Source: Squalus acanthias (lineage: Eukaryota). Taken from it: a stretch of 64,000 nucleotides of DNA. Numbering within the stretch: the stretch's first letter is position 1; each line of letters opens with the position of its first letter. The position numbers and the translations under genes were made by a program. The notes beneath the pieces were generated by a model that worked only from the letters and a program-made list of their open reading frames with translations, did no database searches and had not been told where the DNA came from. Of the stretch, positions 1 to 13,100 are shown piece by piece. Location of the stretch: assembly GCA_030390025.1 (NCBI GenBank), contig CM059433.1, positions 5,766,001 through 5,830,000 on the forward strand, written 5' to 3'.

Positions 1-158
1 TTAAAAAGTATTTTAATTTTTTCAAAAATTTAAATTTTTGTTTTAAGTAGTTAATTTATTTAACTTATAGTTATTTTAAAAATGTGATGGTTTTTTAAAA
101 AATGTATTTGAAGTTTAGGTGTTGTTTTGGGGCCGATTTCAATTCATAGATTTGACAG

Positions 159-1262
159 GTCTTGGTTGGCGGACAGAAAGCAGAGAGTAGGAATTAATGG
201 GTCTTTTTCCAAATGGCAAGTAGTGACTAGTGGGGTACCGCAGGGATCGGTCCTTGGACCCCAGCTATGCACAATATACATTAATGATCTAGATAAGGGA
301 ACTAAATGTAATATCTCCAAGTTTGCAGATGACACAAAGCTGGGTGGGAGTGTGTGCTGCGAGGAGGATACCGAGAAACTCCAGGATGATTTGGACAGGT
401 TGGGTGATTGGGCAGAAGTGTGGCAGATGCAATATAACATGGATAAATGCGAGGTTATCCACTTTGGTGTCAAAAACAGAAAGGCAGACTATTATCTGAA
501 TGGCAATAGATTGGGAGAAGGGGAAGTGCAACGAGACCTGGGTGTCCTTGTGCACCAGTCGCTGAAAGTAAGCATGCAGGTGCAGCAGGCGGTGAAGAAG
601 GCAAATGGTATGTTGGCCTTCATAGCGAAAGGGTTTGAGTATAGGAACAGGGATGTCCTGCTGCAGTTGTACAGGGCCTTGGTGAGACCACACCTTGAGT
701 ACTGTGTGCAGTTTTGGTCGCCTTATCTGAGGAAGGATGTTCTTGCCATGGAAGCAGTTCAGCGAAGATTCACAAGGCTGATACCTGGGATGGCAGGAAT
801 GACATATGAGGAGAGATTGGGTCGATTGAGCTTATACTCGCTGGAGTATAGAAGAATGAGAGGGGATCTCATCGAAACATATAAAATTCTGACAGGTCTG
901 GACAAACTAGATGCAGGAAGAATGTTCCCGATGGTCGGAGAGTCCAGAACCAGGGGTCATAATCTAAGGATAAGGGGTAAGCCATTTAGGACAGAAATGA
1001 GGAAGAATTTCTTCACCCAGAGAGTGGTGAACCTGTGGAATTCTCTACCACAGAAGGTAGTTGAGGCCAAGTCATTAAATATATTCAAGAATGAGTTAGA
1101 TATATTTCTTAAAGCTAAAGGTATCAAGGGATATGGGGAGAAGGCAGGTACAGGGTACTGAGTTTGGATGATCAGCCATGATCTCATCGAATGGCGGAGC
1201 AGGCTCGAGGGGCCGAATGGCCTACTCCTGCTCCTATCTTCTATGTTTCTATGTTTCTATGT
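159..1262 (+). mobile_element. CR1-clade LINE 3' fragment (LINE-A): open RT C-terminal half, 3' UTR and (ATGTTTCT)n tail; repeated in each unit
   Basis: ORF 127-1161 has [29 protein letters not shown] and RRMRGDLIE, typical of CR1 ORF2; 8-bp tandem tail at ~1240-1262. Confidence 0.93.
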
Positions 1263-2958
1263 ATTCACAAAGGAGGACACAAATAACCTCCCAGTGATGT
1301 CGGGGAACATAGGGTCTAATGAGAGGGAGGAACTGAATGAAATCAGTATTTGTAGGGAAATGGTATAAGGGAAATTGACGGGATTGAAGGCCGATAAATC
1401 CCCAGGGCCTGATAATCTACATCCTAGGGTACTTAAGGAAGTGGCCCTAGAAATAGTAGATGCATTGCTGGTCATCTTCCAAACATCTATAGACTCTGGA
1501 ACAGTTCCCATGGATTGGAGGGTAGCTAATGTAACCCCACTATTTAAAAGAGGTGGTAGAGAGAAAATGGGGAATTATAGACTGGTAAGCCTGATATCGG
1601 TAGTGGGGAAAATGCTCGAGTCCATTATAAAAGATGTAATAGCAGAGCACTTGGAAAACAGTGACAGGATCGGACAAAGTCAACATGGATTTACAAAAGG
1701 CAAATCATGCTTGACTAATCTACAGGGTGTAACTGGTAGAATAGATAAGGGAGAACCAGTACACGTGGTGTATTTGGACTTTCAGAAGGCTTTCGATAAG
1801 GTCCCGCATAAGAGATTACCGTGCAAAGTTAAAGCACATGGGATTGGTGGGGGTAAGGTACTGACTTGGATAGAGAACTGGTTGGCAGACAGGAAGCAAA
1901 GAGTTGGAATAAACGGGTCTTTTTCCGAGTGGCAGGCAGTGACTAGTGGGGTACCGCAGGGATCGGTGCTAGGACCCCAGCTATTCACAATATATATTAA
2001 TGATCTAGACGAGGGAACTAGATGTAATATCTCCAAGTTTGCAGACAACACAAAGCTGGGTGGGCGTATGTGCTGTGAGGAGGTTGCAGAGAAACTGCAG
2101 TATAATTTGGACAGGTTGGGTGATTGGGCAGATGCATGGCAGATGCATGGATAAATGCGAGGATATCCACTTTGGTGGCAAAAACAGGAAGGCACATTAT
2201 CTGAACGGCAATAGATTGGGAAAAGGGGAAGTGTAACGAGACCTGCGTGTCCTTGTGCACCAGTCGCTGAAGGTAAGCATGCAGGTGCAGCAGGCAGTTA
2301 AGAAGGCAAATGGTATGTTGGCCTTCATAGCGAGAGGATTCGAGTACAGGAGCAAGGATGTCTTGCTGCAGTTGTACAGGGACTTGGTGAGACCACACCT
2401 TGAGTATTGTGTGCAGTTTTGGTCGCCTTATCTGAGGAAGGATGCTCTTGCCATGGAGGGAGTGCAGCGAAGATTCACCAGACTGATGCCTGGGATGGCA
2501 GGAATGACGTATTAAGAGAGATTGGGACGATTGGGCTTGTATTCGCTAGAGTTTAGAAGAATGAGAGGGGATCTCATTGAAACTTATAAAATTCTAACAG
2601 GACTAGACAGACTAGATGCAGGAAGGATGTTCCCGATGGCGGGTGAGTCCAGAAACAGGGGTAACAGTCTAAGGATAAGGGGTAAGCCATTTAGGACTGA
2701 GATGAGGAGGAATTTATTCACCCAGAGAGTGTTGAACCTGTGGAATTCTCTACCACAGAAGGCAGTTGAGGCCAATTCATTAAATATATTCAAGAAGGAG
2801 ATAGATATATTTCTTAAGGCTAAAGGAATCAAGGGATATGGGCAAAAAGCAGGGACAGGGCACTGAATTTGGATGATCATCCATGATCTCATTAAATGGC
2901 GGAGCAGGCACGAGGGGCCGAATGGCCTACTCCTGCTCCTATCTTCTATGTTTCTATG
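1263..2958 (+). mobile_element. Second CR1-clade LINE fragment (LINE-B), degenerate RT (FADN), small internal deletions; repeated in each unit
   Basis: ORFs 1375-2154, 2255-2515 and 2522-2866 with [35 protein letters not shown]; same 3' UTR and tail. Confidence 0.92.
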
Positions 2959-4644
2959 ACAGTCACTCTCACCTCACCTCTGGAATTCAGCTCTTTTTTC
3001 CATGTTTGGACCAAGGCTGTAATGCGGTCAGGAGTCAAGTGGTCCTGACGGAAACCAAACTGGTCATCGGTGAGCTGGTTATTTGTGCTTTGTTAGTGTC
3101 GCTTGATAGCATTGTCGATGACAGCTTCCATCACTTTGCTGATGATGGAGAGATGGCTGATGGGATGGTAACGGGCTGTCGGATTAGTCCAGCTTTTTGT
3201 GGACTGTACATACCTGGCCAATTTACCACTTTGTCGGGGAGTTGCCAGTACGGGAACAGCTTGGATAGTGTTGCAGCTAGTTCTGGACACAGGTCTTCAG
3301 CACTGCAGCCGCGATGTTGTCAGAACCCATAGCCTTTGCTGTATCCAGTGCGCTGTACCGTTCTTGATATCACGTGGAGTGAAGTGAATTAGCTGAAGAC
3401 TGGCTTCTGTGAGGGTGGGACCTCAGGAGCAGACCGAGATGCATCATCCACTTGGCACTTGTGACTGAAGACGGTTGCGAAGGCTTCAACCTTGTCTTTT
3501 TCACTCAGGTGCTGTGCTCCGCCATCATTGAGGATGTGGATGTTCAAGGAGCCTCCTCCTCCCGTTAGTTGTTTAATTGTCCATCACCATTCCCGACTGG
3601 ATGTGACAGGACTGCAGCGCTTTGATCTGATCCATTGGGTGTGGGATCGCTTAGCTCTGTCTATCGCACGCTGCCTCCGCTGTTTAACATGCATATAGTC
3701 CTGTGTTGTAGCTTCACCAAGTTGGTTTCTGATTTTCTGATACACCTGGTGCAGCTCCTGGAATGCTCTTCAACACTCCTTATTGAACCAGGGCTGGTTT
3801 GATGGTAATGGTAGAATGAGGGATATGCCGGGCCATGAGTTTACAGATTATGGCGGAATACAATTCTGTTGCTGCTGATGGCCCACAGCGCCTCATGGAT
3901 GCCCAGTTTTGAGCTGCTAGATGTGTTCTTAATCTATCCTATTTAGCACAGTGGTAGGGCACACAACACGATGAAGGGGTGTCCTCAGTGACTCGGTAGT
4001 ACCATGATTGACCAAGCTGGTTGAGTCCTGAAGGACATAGCAGCCAGACTGACTCACGGCAGGTGGTGAGAGAACAAACACGAGCCTCTACCGAGCAACA
4101 CTTGGTGATGGACATTGAAGTCCCCCACCCAGAGTACATTCTGTGCACCAGCAGCCACAGTGCGCCGGAGGAGGAGGGAGTAAATGTTTAAGATGGTGGA
4201 TGGGGGAGCTGATTAAGCGGCCTGCTTTCCCCTGGATTGTGTCGAGCTTTGTGTGTGTTGTTGGAGCTGCAACCGTCCAGGGAAGTGGAGAATATTCCAT
4301 CGCACTCCTGACTTGTGCCTTGTAGGGGTGGAAAGGCTTTGGGGAGTCAGGAGCTGGTGAGTCACTTGCGCCAAAATACCCAGCATCTGACTAGCTCTTG
4401 TAGGCACAGTATTTATTTGGCTGATCTAGTTAAGTTTTTGGTCAATGGTGACCCCCAGGATGTTGATGGTGGGGAATTCAATGATGGTAATGCCATTGAC
4501 TGTCATGGGGAGGTGGTTAGACTCTCTCTTGTTGGAGATGGTCATTGTCTGGCACTTGTGTGTCACAAATGTTACTTGCCACTTATCATCCCCAACCTGC
4601 ATGTTGTCCAGGTCTTGCTGCACGTGGACACAGACTGCCTCATT
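2959..4644 (-). mobile_element. Fragmented, rearranged CR1-like LINE of a different family, antisense; repeated in each unit
   Basis: Minus-strand peptides YHPISHLSIISKVME (RT N-terminus), NVLWVGDFNV (endonuclease, clearest in units 4-5), QQDLDN..KWQVTF, MEYSPL..LDTIQ; same family as 36700-37545. Confidence 0.85.
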
Positions 4645-5166
4645 GGGCCAAAAATTCGGCACTTGCCGGGTGAGTACGCGCTGTGTACTCACCCGTAAGG
4701 CCTCCTGAAGTGCCGTTTCCTGCATGCACTGCGCATGCGCGGGAAACTGGAACTTCCGGTCTCGTGAAGGGAGGGGTTCAGAGGTGAACCGCGTGCACGG
4801 GAGAGGCTGCGCGCACGCAGGGAACTTAGTTTTTTTTTCAGATTTCTCCGGGAAGGTAAGTATGGAAGAAGCTGCGCTTTTAAAAAGGAGGCGCGGGACC
4901 CGTTTTTAACAAGGTAAGTGGTTAATTAATTACAATAAAAAAAAATTTTCAACAGGTTTATCTTTTTTAGATACTTTAAAGAAAGGTAAGTTTATTTTTA
5001 GCACTCTTAAAAAGTACTTTAATTTTTTCAAAAATTAAAATTTTTGTTTTAAGTAGTTAATTTATTTAACTTATAGTTATTTTATAAAAATGTGATGGTT
5101 TTTTAAAAAATGTATTTGAAGTTTAGGTGTTGTTTTGGGGCCGATTTCAATTCATAGATTTGACAG
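4645..5166 (+). mobile_element. Hairpin-rich non-autonomous TIR element (putative Harbinger-type MITE), 3'-truncated; copies at 1-158, 9655-10176, ~14209-14700, ~18744-19228, ~23264-23749
   Basis: Starts ATT|GGGCCAAAAATT; clearly homologous to 38055-38792 (minus) and 55624-56120. Confidence 0.75.
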
Positions 5167-8100
5167 GTCTTGGTTGGCGGACAGAAAGCAGAGAATAGGA
5201 ATTAATGGGTCTTTTTCCAAATGGCAAGTAGTGACTAGTGGGGTACCGCAGGGATCGGTCCTTGGACCCCAGCTATTCACAATATACATTAATGATCTAG
5301 ATAAGGGAACTAAATGTAATATCTCCAAGTTTGCAGATGACACAAAGCTGGGTGGGAGTGTGTGCTGCGAGGAGGATACCGAGAAACTCCAGGATGATTT
5401 GGACAGGTTGGGTGATTGGGCAGAAGTGTGGCAGATGCAATATAACGTGGATAAATGCGAGGTTATCCACTTTGGTGTCAAAAACAGAAAGGCAGACTAT
5501 TATCTGAATGGCAATAGATTGGGAGAAGGGGAAGTGCAACGAGACCTGGGTGTCCTTGTGCACCAGTCGCTGAAAGTAAGCATGCAGGTGCAGCAGGCGG
5601 TGAAGAAGGCAAATGGTATGTTGGCCTTCATAGCGAAAGGGTTTGAGTATAGGAACAGGGATGTCCTGCTGCAGTTGTACAGGGCCTTGGTGAGACCACA
5701 CCTTGAGTACTGTGTGCAGTTTTGGTCGCCTTATCTGAGGAAGGATGTTCTTGCCATGGAAGGAGTTCAGCGAAGATTCACAAGGCTGATACCTGGGATG
5801 GCAGGAATGACATATGAGGAGAGATTGGGTCGATTGGGCTTATACTCGCTGGAGTATAGAAGAATGAGAGGGGATCTCATCGAAACATATAAAATTCTGA
5901 CAGGTCTGGACAAACTAGATGCAGGAAGAATGTTCCCGATGGTCGGAGAGTCCAGAACCAGGGGTCATAATCTAAGGATAAGGGGTAAGCCATTTAGGAC
6001 AGAAATGAGGAAGAATTTCTTCACCCAGAGAGTGGTGAACCTGTGGAATTCTCTACCACAGAAGGTAGTTGAGGCCAAGTCATTAAATATATTCAAGAAT
6101 GAGTTAGATATATTTCTTAAAGCTAAAGGTATCAAGGGATATGGGAGAAGGCAGGTACAGGGTACTGAGTTTGGATGATCAGCCATGATCTCATCGAATG
6201 GCGGAGCAGGCTCGAGGGGCCGAATGGCCTACTCCTGCTCCTATCTTCTATGTTTCTATGTTTCTATGTCTTCACAAAGGAGGACACAAATAACCTCCCA
6301 GAGATGTCGGGGAACATAGGGTCTAATGAGAGGGAGGAACTGAATGAAATCAGTATTTGTAGGAAATGGTATAAGGGAAATTGACGGGATTGAAGGCCGA
6401 TAAATCCCCAGGGCCTGATAATCTACATCCTAGGGTACTTAAGGAAGTGGCCCTAGAAATAGTAGATGCATTGCTGGTCATCTTCCAAACATCTATAGAC
6501 TCTGGAACAGTTCCCATGGATTGGAGGGTAGCTAATGTAACCCCACTATTTAAAAGAGGTGGTAGAGAGAAAATGGGGAATTATAGACCAGTAAGCCTGA
6601 CATCGGTAGTGGGGAAAATGCTCGAGTCCATTATAAAAGATGTAATAGCAGAGCACTTGGAAAACAGTGACAGGATCGGACAAAGTCAACATGGATTTAC
6701 AAAAGGTAAATCATGCTTGACTAATCTACAGGGTGTAACTGGTAGAATAGATAAGGGAGAACCAGTACACGTGGTGTATTTGGACTTTCAGAAGGCTTTC
6801 GATAAGGTCCCGCATAAGAGATTAGCATGCAAAGTTAAAGCACATGGGATTGGTGGGGGTAAGGTACTGACTTGGATAGAGAACTGGTTGGCAGACAGGA
6901 AGCAAAGAGTTGGAATAAACGGGTCTTTTTCCGAGTGGCAGGCAGTGACTAGTGGGGTACCGCAGGGATCGGTGCTAGGACCCCAGCTATTCACAATATA
7001 TATTAATGATCTAGACGAGGGAACTAGATGTAATATCTCCAAGTTTGCAGACAACACAAAGCTGGGTGGGCGTATGTGCTGTGAGGAGGTTGCAGAGAAA
7101 CTGCAGTATGATTTGGACAGGTTGGGTGATTGGGCAGATGCATGGCAGATGCATGGATAAATGCGAGGATATCCACTTTGTGGCAAAAACAGGAAGGCAC
7201 ATTATCTGAACGGCAATAGATTGGGAAAAGGGGAAGTGTAACGAGACCTGCGTGTCCTTGTGCACCAGTCGCTGAAGGTAAGCATGCAGGTGCAGCAGGC
7301 GGTTAAGAAGGCAAATGGTATGTTGGCCTTCATAGCGAGAGGATTCGAGTACAGGAGCAAGGATGTCTTGCTGCAGTTGTATAGGGCCTTGGTGAGACCA
7401 CACCTTGAGTATTGTGTGCAGTTTTGGCCGCCTTATCTGAGGAAGGATGCTCTTGCCATGGAGTGAGTGCAGCGAAGATTCACCAGACTGATACCTGGGA
7501 TGGCAGGAATGACGTATGAAGGAGAGATTGGGTCGATTAGGCTTATATTCGCTAGAGTTTAGAAGATGAGAGGGGATCTCATTGAAACTTATAAAATTCT
7601 AACAGGACTAGACAGACTAGATGCAGGAAGGCTGTTCCCGATGGCGGGGGAGTCCAGAACCAAGGGTCACAGTCTAAGGATAAGGGGTAAGCCATTTAGG
7701 ACTGAGAGGAGGAGGAATTTCTTCACCCAGAGAGTGGTAAACCTGTGGAATTCTCCACCACAGAAGGCAGTTGAGGCCAATTCATTAAATATCTTCAAGA
7801 AGGAGTTAGATATATTTCTTAAGGCTAAGGGGATCAAGGGATATGGGAGAAAGCAGGACAGGGTACTGAATTTGGATGATCAGCCATGATCACATTGAAT
7901 GGCGGAGCAGGCTCGAGGGGCCGAATGGCCTACTCCTGCTCCTATCTTCTATGTTTCTATGTTTCTATGACAGTCACTCTCACCTCACCTCTGGAATTCA
8001 GCTCTTTTGTCCATGTTTGGACCAAGGCTGTAATGCGGTCAGGAGCCAAGTGGTCCTGACGGAAACCAAACTGGTCATCGGTGAGCTGGTTATTGTGCCT

Positions 8101-10176
8101 TTGTTAGTGCCGCTTGATAGCATTGTCGATGACAGCTTCCATCACTTTGCTGATGATGGAGAGATGGCTGATGGGATGGTAACGGGCTGTCGGATTAGTC
8201 CAGCTTTTTGTGGACTGTACATACCTGGCCAATTTACCACTTTGTCGGGGAGATGCCAGTACGGGAGCAGCTTGGATAGTGTTGCAGCTAGTTCTGGACA
8301 CAGGTCTTCAGCACTGCAGCCGCGATGTTGTCAGAACCCATAGCCTTTGCTGTATCCAGTGCGCTGTACCGTTCTTGATATCACGTGGAGTGAAGTGAAT
8401 TAGCTGAAGACTGGCTTCTGTGAGGGTGGGACCTCAGGAGCAGGCTGAGATCATCATCCCCTTGGCACTTGTGACTGAAGATGGTTGCGAAGGCTTCAGC
8501 CTTGTCTTTTTCACTCAGGTGCTGTGCTCCGCCATCATTGAGGATGTGGATGTTCAAGGAGCCTCCTCCTCCCGTTAGTTGTTTAATTGTCCATCACCAT
8601 TCCCGACTGGATGTGACAGGACTGCAGAGCTTTGCTCTGATCCATTGGGTGTGGGATCGCTTAGCTCTGTCTATCGCACGCTGCCTCCGCTGTTTAACAT
8701 GCATATAGTCCTGTGTTGTAGCTTCACCAAGTTGGTTTCTGATTTTCTGATACACCTGGTGCAGCTCCTGGAATGCTCTTCAACACTCCTTATTGAACCA
8801 GGGCTGGTTTGATGGTAATGGTAGAATGAGGGATATGCCGGGCCATGAGTTTACAGATTATGGTGGAATACAATTCTGTTGCTGCTGATGGCCCACAGCG
8901 CCTCATGATGCCCAGCTTTGAGCTGCTAGATGTGTTCTTAATCTATCCCATTTAGCACAGTGGTTAGGGCACACAACACGATGAAGAGGTGTCCTCAGTG
9001 ACTCGGTAGTACCATGATTGACCAAGCTGGCTGAGTCCTGAAGGACATAGCAGCCAGACTGACTCACGGCAGGTGGTGAGAGAACAAACACGAGCCTCTA
9101 CCGAGCAACACTTGGTGATGGACATTGAAGTCCCCCACCCAGAGTACATTCTGTGCACCAGCAGCCACAGTGCGCCGGAGGAGGAGGGAGTAAATGTTTA
9201 AGATGGTGGATGGGGGAGCTGATTAAGCGGCCTGCTTTCCCCTGGATTGTGTCGAGCTTTGTGTGTGTTGTTGGAGCTGCAACCGTCCAGGGAAGTGGAG
9301 AATATTCCATCGCACTCCTGACTTGTGCCTTGTAGGGGGTGGAAAGGCTTTGGGGAGTCAGGAGCTGGTGAGTCACTTGCGCAAAATACCCAGCATCTGA
9401 CTAGCTCTTGTAGGCACAGTATTTATTTGGCTGATCTAGTTAAGTTTTTGGTCAATGGTGACCCCCAGGATGTTGATGGTGGGGAATTCAATGATGGTAA
9501 TGCCATTGACTGTCATGGGGAGGTGGTTAGACTCTCTCTTGTTGGAGATGGTCATTGTCTGGCACTTGTGTGTCACAAATGTTACTTGCCACTTATCATC
9601 CCCAACCTGCATGTTGTCCAGGTCTTGCTGCACGTGGACACAGACTGCCTCATTGGGCCAAAAATTCGGCACTTGCCGGGTGAGTACGCGCTGTGTACTC
9701 ACCCGTAAGGCCTCCTGAAGTGCCGGGTTTCCTGCATGCACTGCGCATGCGCGGGAAACTGGAACTTCCGGTCTCGTGAAGGGAGGGGTTCAGAGGTGAA
9801 CCGCATGCACGGGAGAGGCTGCGCGCACGCAGGGAACTTAGGTTTTTTTTCAGGTTTCTCCGGGAAGGTAAGTATGGAAGAAGCTGCGCTTTTAAAAAGG
9901 AGGCGCAGGACCCGTTTTTAACAAGGTAAGTGGTTAATTAAATACAATTTAAAAAAATTTTCAACAGGTTTATCTTTTTTAGATACTTTAAAGAAAGGTA
10001 AGTTTATTTTTAGCACTCTTAAAAAGTATTTTAATTTTTTCAAAAATTTAAATTTTTGTTTTAAGTAGTTAATTTATTTAACTTATAGTTATTTTAAAAA
10101 TGTGATGGTTTTTAAAAAAAATTATTTGAAGTTTAGGTGTTGTTTTGGGGCCGATTTCAACTCATAGATTTGACAG
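5167..10176 (+). repeat. Array unit 2 (long type, 5010 bp)
   Basis: Colinear with unit 1. Confidence 0.93.
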
Positions 10177-13100
10177 GTCTTGGTTGGCGGACAGAAAGCA
10201 GAGAGTAGGAATTAATGGGTCTTATTCCGAATGGCAAGTAGTGACTAGTGGGGTACCGCAGGGATCGGTCCTTGGACCCCAGCTATTCACAATATACATT
10301 AATGATCTAGATAAGGGAACTAAATGTAATATCTCCAAGTTTGCAGATGACACAAAGCTGGGTGGGAGTGTGTGCTGCGAGGAGGATACCGAGAAACTCC
10401 AGGATGATTTGGCAGGTTGGGTGGTTGGGCAGAAGTGTGGCAGATGCAATATAACATGGATAAATGCGAGGTTATCAACTTTGGTGTCAAAAACAGAAAG
10501 GCAGACTATTATCTGAATGGCAATAGATTGGGAGAAGGGGAAGTGCAACGAGACCTGGGTGTCCTTGTGCACCAGTCGCTGAAAGTAAGCATGCAGGTGC
10601 AGCAGGCGGTGAAGAAGGCAAATGGTATGTTGGCCTTCATAGCAAAAGGGTTTGAGTATAGGAACAGGGATGTCCTGCTGCAGTTGTACAGGGCCTTGGT
10701 GAGACCACACCTTGAGTACTGTGTGCAGTTTTGGTTGCCTTATCTGAGGAAGGATGTTCTTGCCATGGAAGGAGTTCAGCGAAGATTCACAAGGCTGATA
10801 CCTGGGATGGCAGGAATGACATATGAGGAGAGATTGGGTCGATTAGGCTTATACTCGCTGGAGTATAGAAGAATGAGAGGGGATCTCATCGAAACATATA
10901 AAATTCTGACAGGTCTGGACAAACTAGATGCAGGAAGAATGTTCCCGATGGTCGGAGAGTCCAGAACCAGGGGTCATAATCTAAGGATAAGGGGTAAGCC
11001 ATTTAGGACAGAAATGAGGAAGAATTTCTTCACCCAGAGAGTGGTGAACCTGTGAATTCTCTACCACAGAAGGTAGTTGAGGCCAAGTCATTAAATATAT
11101 TCAAGAATGAGTTAGATATATTTCTTAAAGCTAAAGGTATCAAGGGATATGGGGAGAAGGCAGGTACAGGGTACTGAGTTTGGATGATCAGCCATGATCT
11201 CATCGAATGGCGGAGCAGGCTCGAGGGGCCGAATGGCCTACTCCTGCTCCTATCTTCTATGTTTCTATGTCTTCACAAAGGAGGACACCAAATAACCTCC
11301 CAGAGATGTCGGGGAACATAGGTCTAATGAGAGGGAGGAACTGAATGAAATCAGTATTTGTAGGGAAATGGTATAAGGGAAATTGACGGGATTGAAGGCC
11401 GATAAATCCCCAGGGCCTGATAATCTACATCCTAGGGTACTTAAGGAAGTGGCCCTAGAAATAGTAGATGCATTGCTGGTCATCTTCCAAACATCTATAG
11501 ACTCTGGAACAGTTCCCATGGATTGGAGGGTAGCTAATGTAACCCCACTATTTAAAAGAGGTGGTAGAGAGAAAATGGGGAATTATAGACCTGGTAAGCC
11601 TGATATCGGTAGTGGGGACAATGCTCGAGTCCATTATAAAAGATGTAATAGCAGAGCACTTGGAAAACAGTGACAGGATCGGACAAAGTCAACATGGATT
11701 TACAAAAGGTAAATCATGCTTGACTAATCTACAGGGTGTAACTAGTAGAATAGATAAGGGAGAACCAGTACACGTGGTGTATTTGGACTTTCAGAAGGCT
11801 TTCGATAAGGTCCCGCATAAGAGATTAGCGTGCAAAGTTAAAGCACATAGGATTGGTGGGGGTAAGGTTACTGACTGGATAGAGAACTGGTTGGCAGACA
11901 GGAAGCAAAGAGTTGGAATAAACGGGTCTTTTTCCGAGTGGCAGGCAGTGACTAGTGGGGTACCGCAGGGATCGGTGCTAGGACCCCAGCTATTCACAAT
12001 ATATATTAATGATCTAGACGAGGGAACTAGATGTAATATCTCCAAGTTTGCAGACAACACAAAGCTGGGTGGGCGTATGTGCTGTGAGGAGGTTGCAGAG
12101 AAACTGCAGTATGATTTGGACAGGTTGGGTGATTGGGCAGATGCATGGCAGATGCATGGATAAATGCGAGGATATCCACTTTGGTGGCAAAAACAGGAAG
12201 GCACATTATCTGAACGGCAATAGATTGGGAAAAGGGGAAGTGTAACGAGACCTGCGTGTCCTTGTGCACCAGTCGCTGAAGTAAGCATGCAGGTGCAGCA
12301 GGCGGTTAAGAAGGCAAATGGTATGTTGGCCTTCATAGCGAGAGGATTCGAGTACAGGAGCAAGGATGTCTTGCTGCAGTTGTACAGGGCCTTGGTGAGA
12401 CCACACCTTGAGTATTGTGTGCAGTTTTGGTCACCTTATCTGAGGAAGGATGCTCTTGCCATGGAGTGAGTGCAGCGAAGATTCACCAGACTGATACCTG
12501 GGATGGCAGGAATGACGTATGAAGAGAGATTGGGTCGATTAGGCTTATATTCGCTAGAGTTTAGAAGAATGAGAGGGGATCTCATTGAACTTATAAAATT
12601 CTAACAGGACTAGACAGACTAGATGCAGGAAGGCTGTTCCCGATGGCGGGGGAGTCCAGAACCAAGGGTCACAGTCTAAGGATAAGGGGTAAGCCATTTA
12701 GGACTGAGAGGAGGAGGAATTTCTTCACCCAGAGAGTGGTGAACCTGTGGAATTCTCTACCACAGAGGCAGTTGAGGCAATTCATTAAATATCTTCAAGA
12801 AGGAGTTAGATATATTTCTTAAGGCTAAGGGATCAAGGGATATGGGGGAAAGCAGGGACAGGGTACTGAATTTGGATGATCAGCCATGATCACATTGAAT
12901 GGCGGAGCAGGCTCGAGGGGCCGAATGGCCTACTCCTGCTCCTATCTTCTATGTTTCTATGTTTCTATGACAGTCACTCTCACCTCACCTCTGGAATTCA
13001 GCCTCTTTTGTCCATGTTTGGACCAAGGCTGTAATGCGGGTCAGGAGCCAAGTGGTCCTGACGGAAACCAAACTGGTCATCGGTGAGCTGGTTATTTGTG

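Larger units (their letters stand above)
159..5166 (+). repeat. Array unit 1 (long type, 5008 bp)
   Basis: LINE-A, LINE-B, antisense CR1 and hairpin MITE in that order; near-identical to unit 2. Confidence 0.93.
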
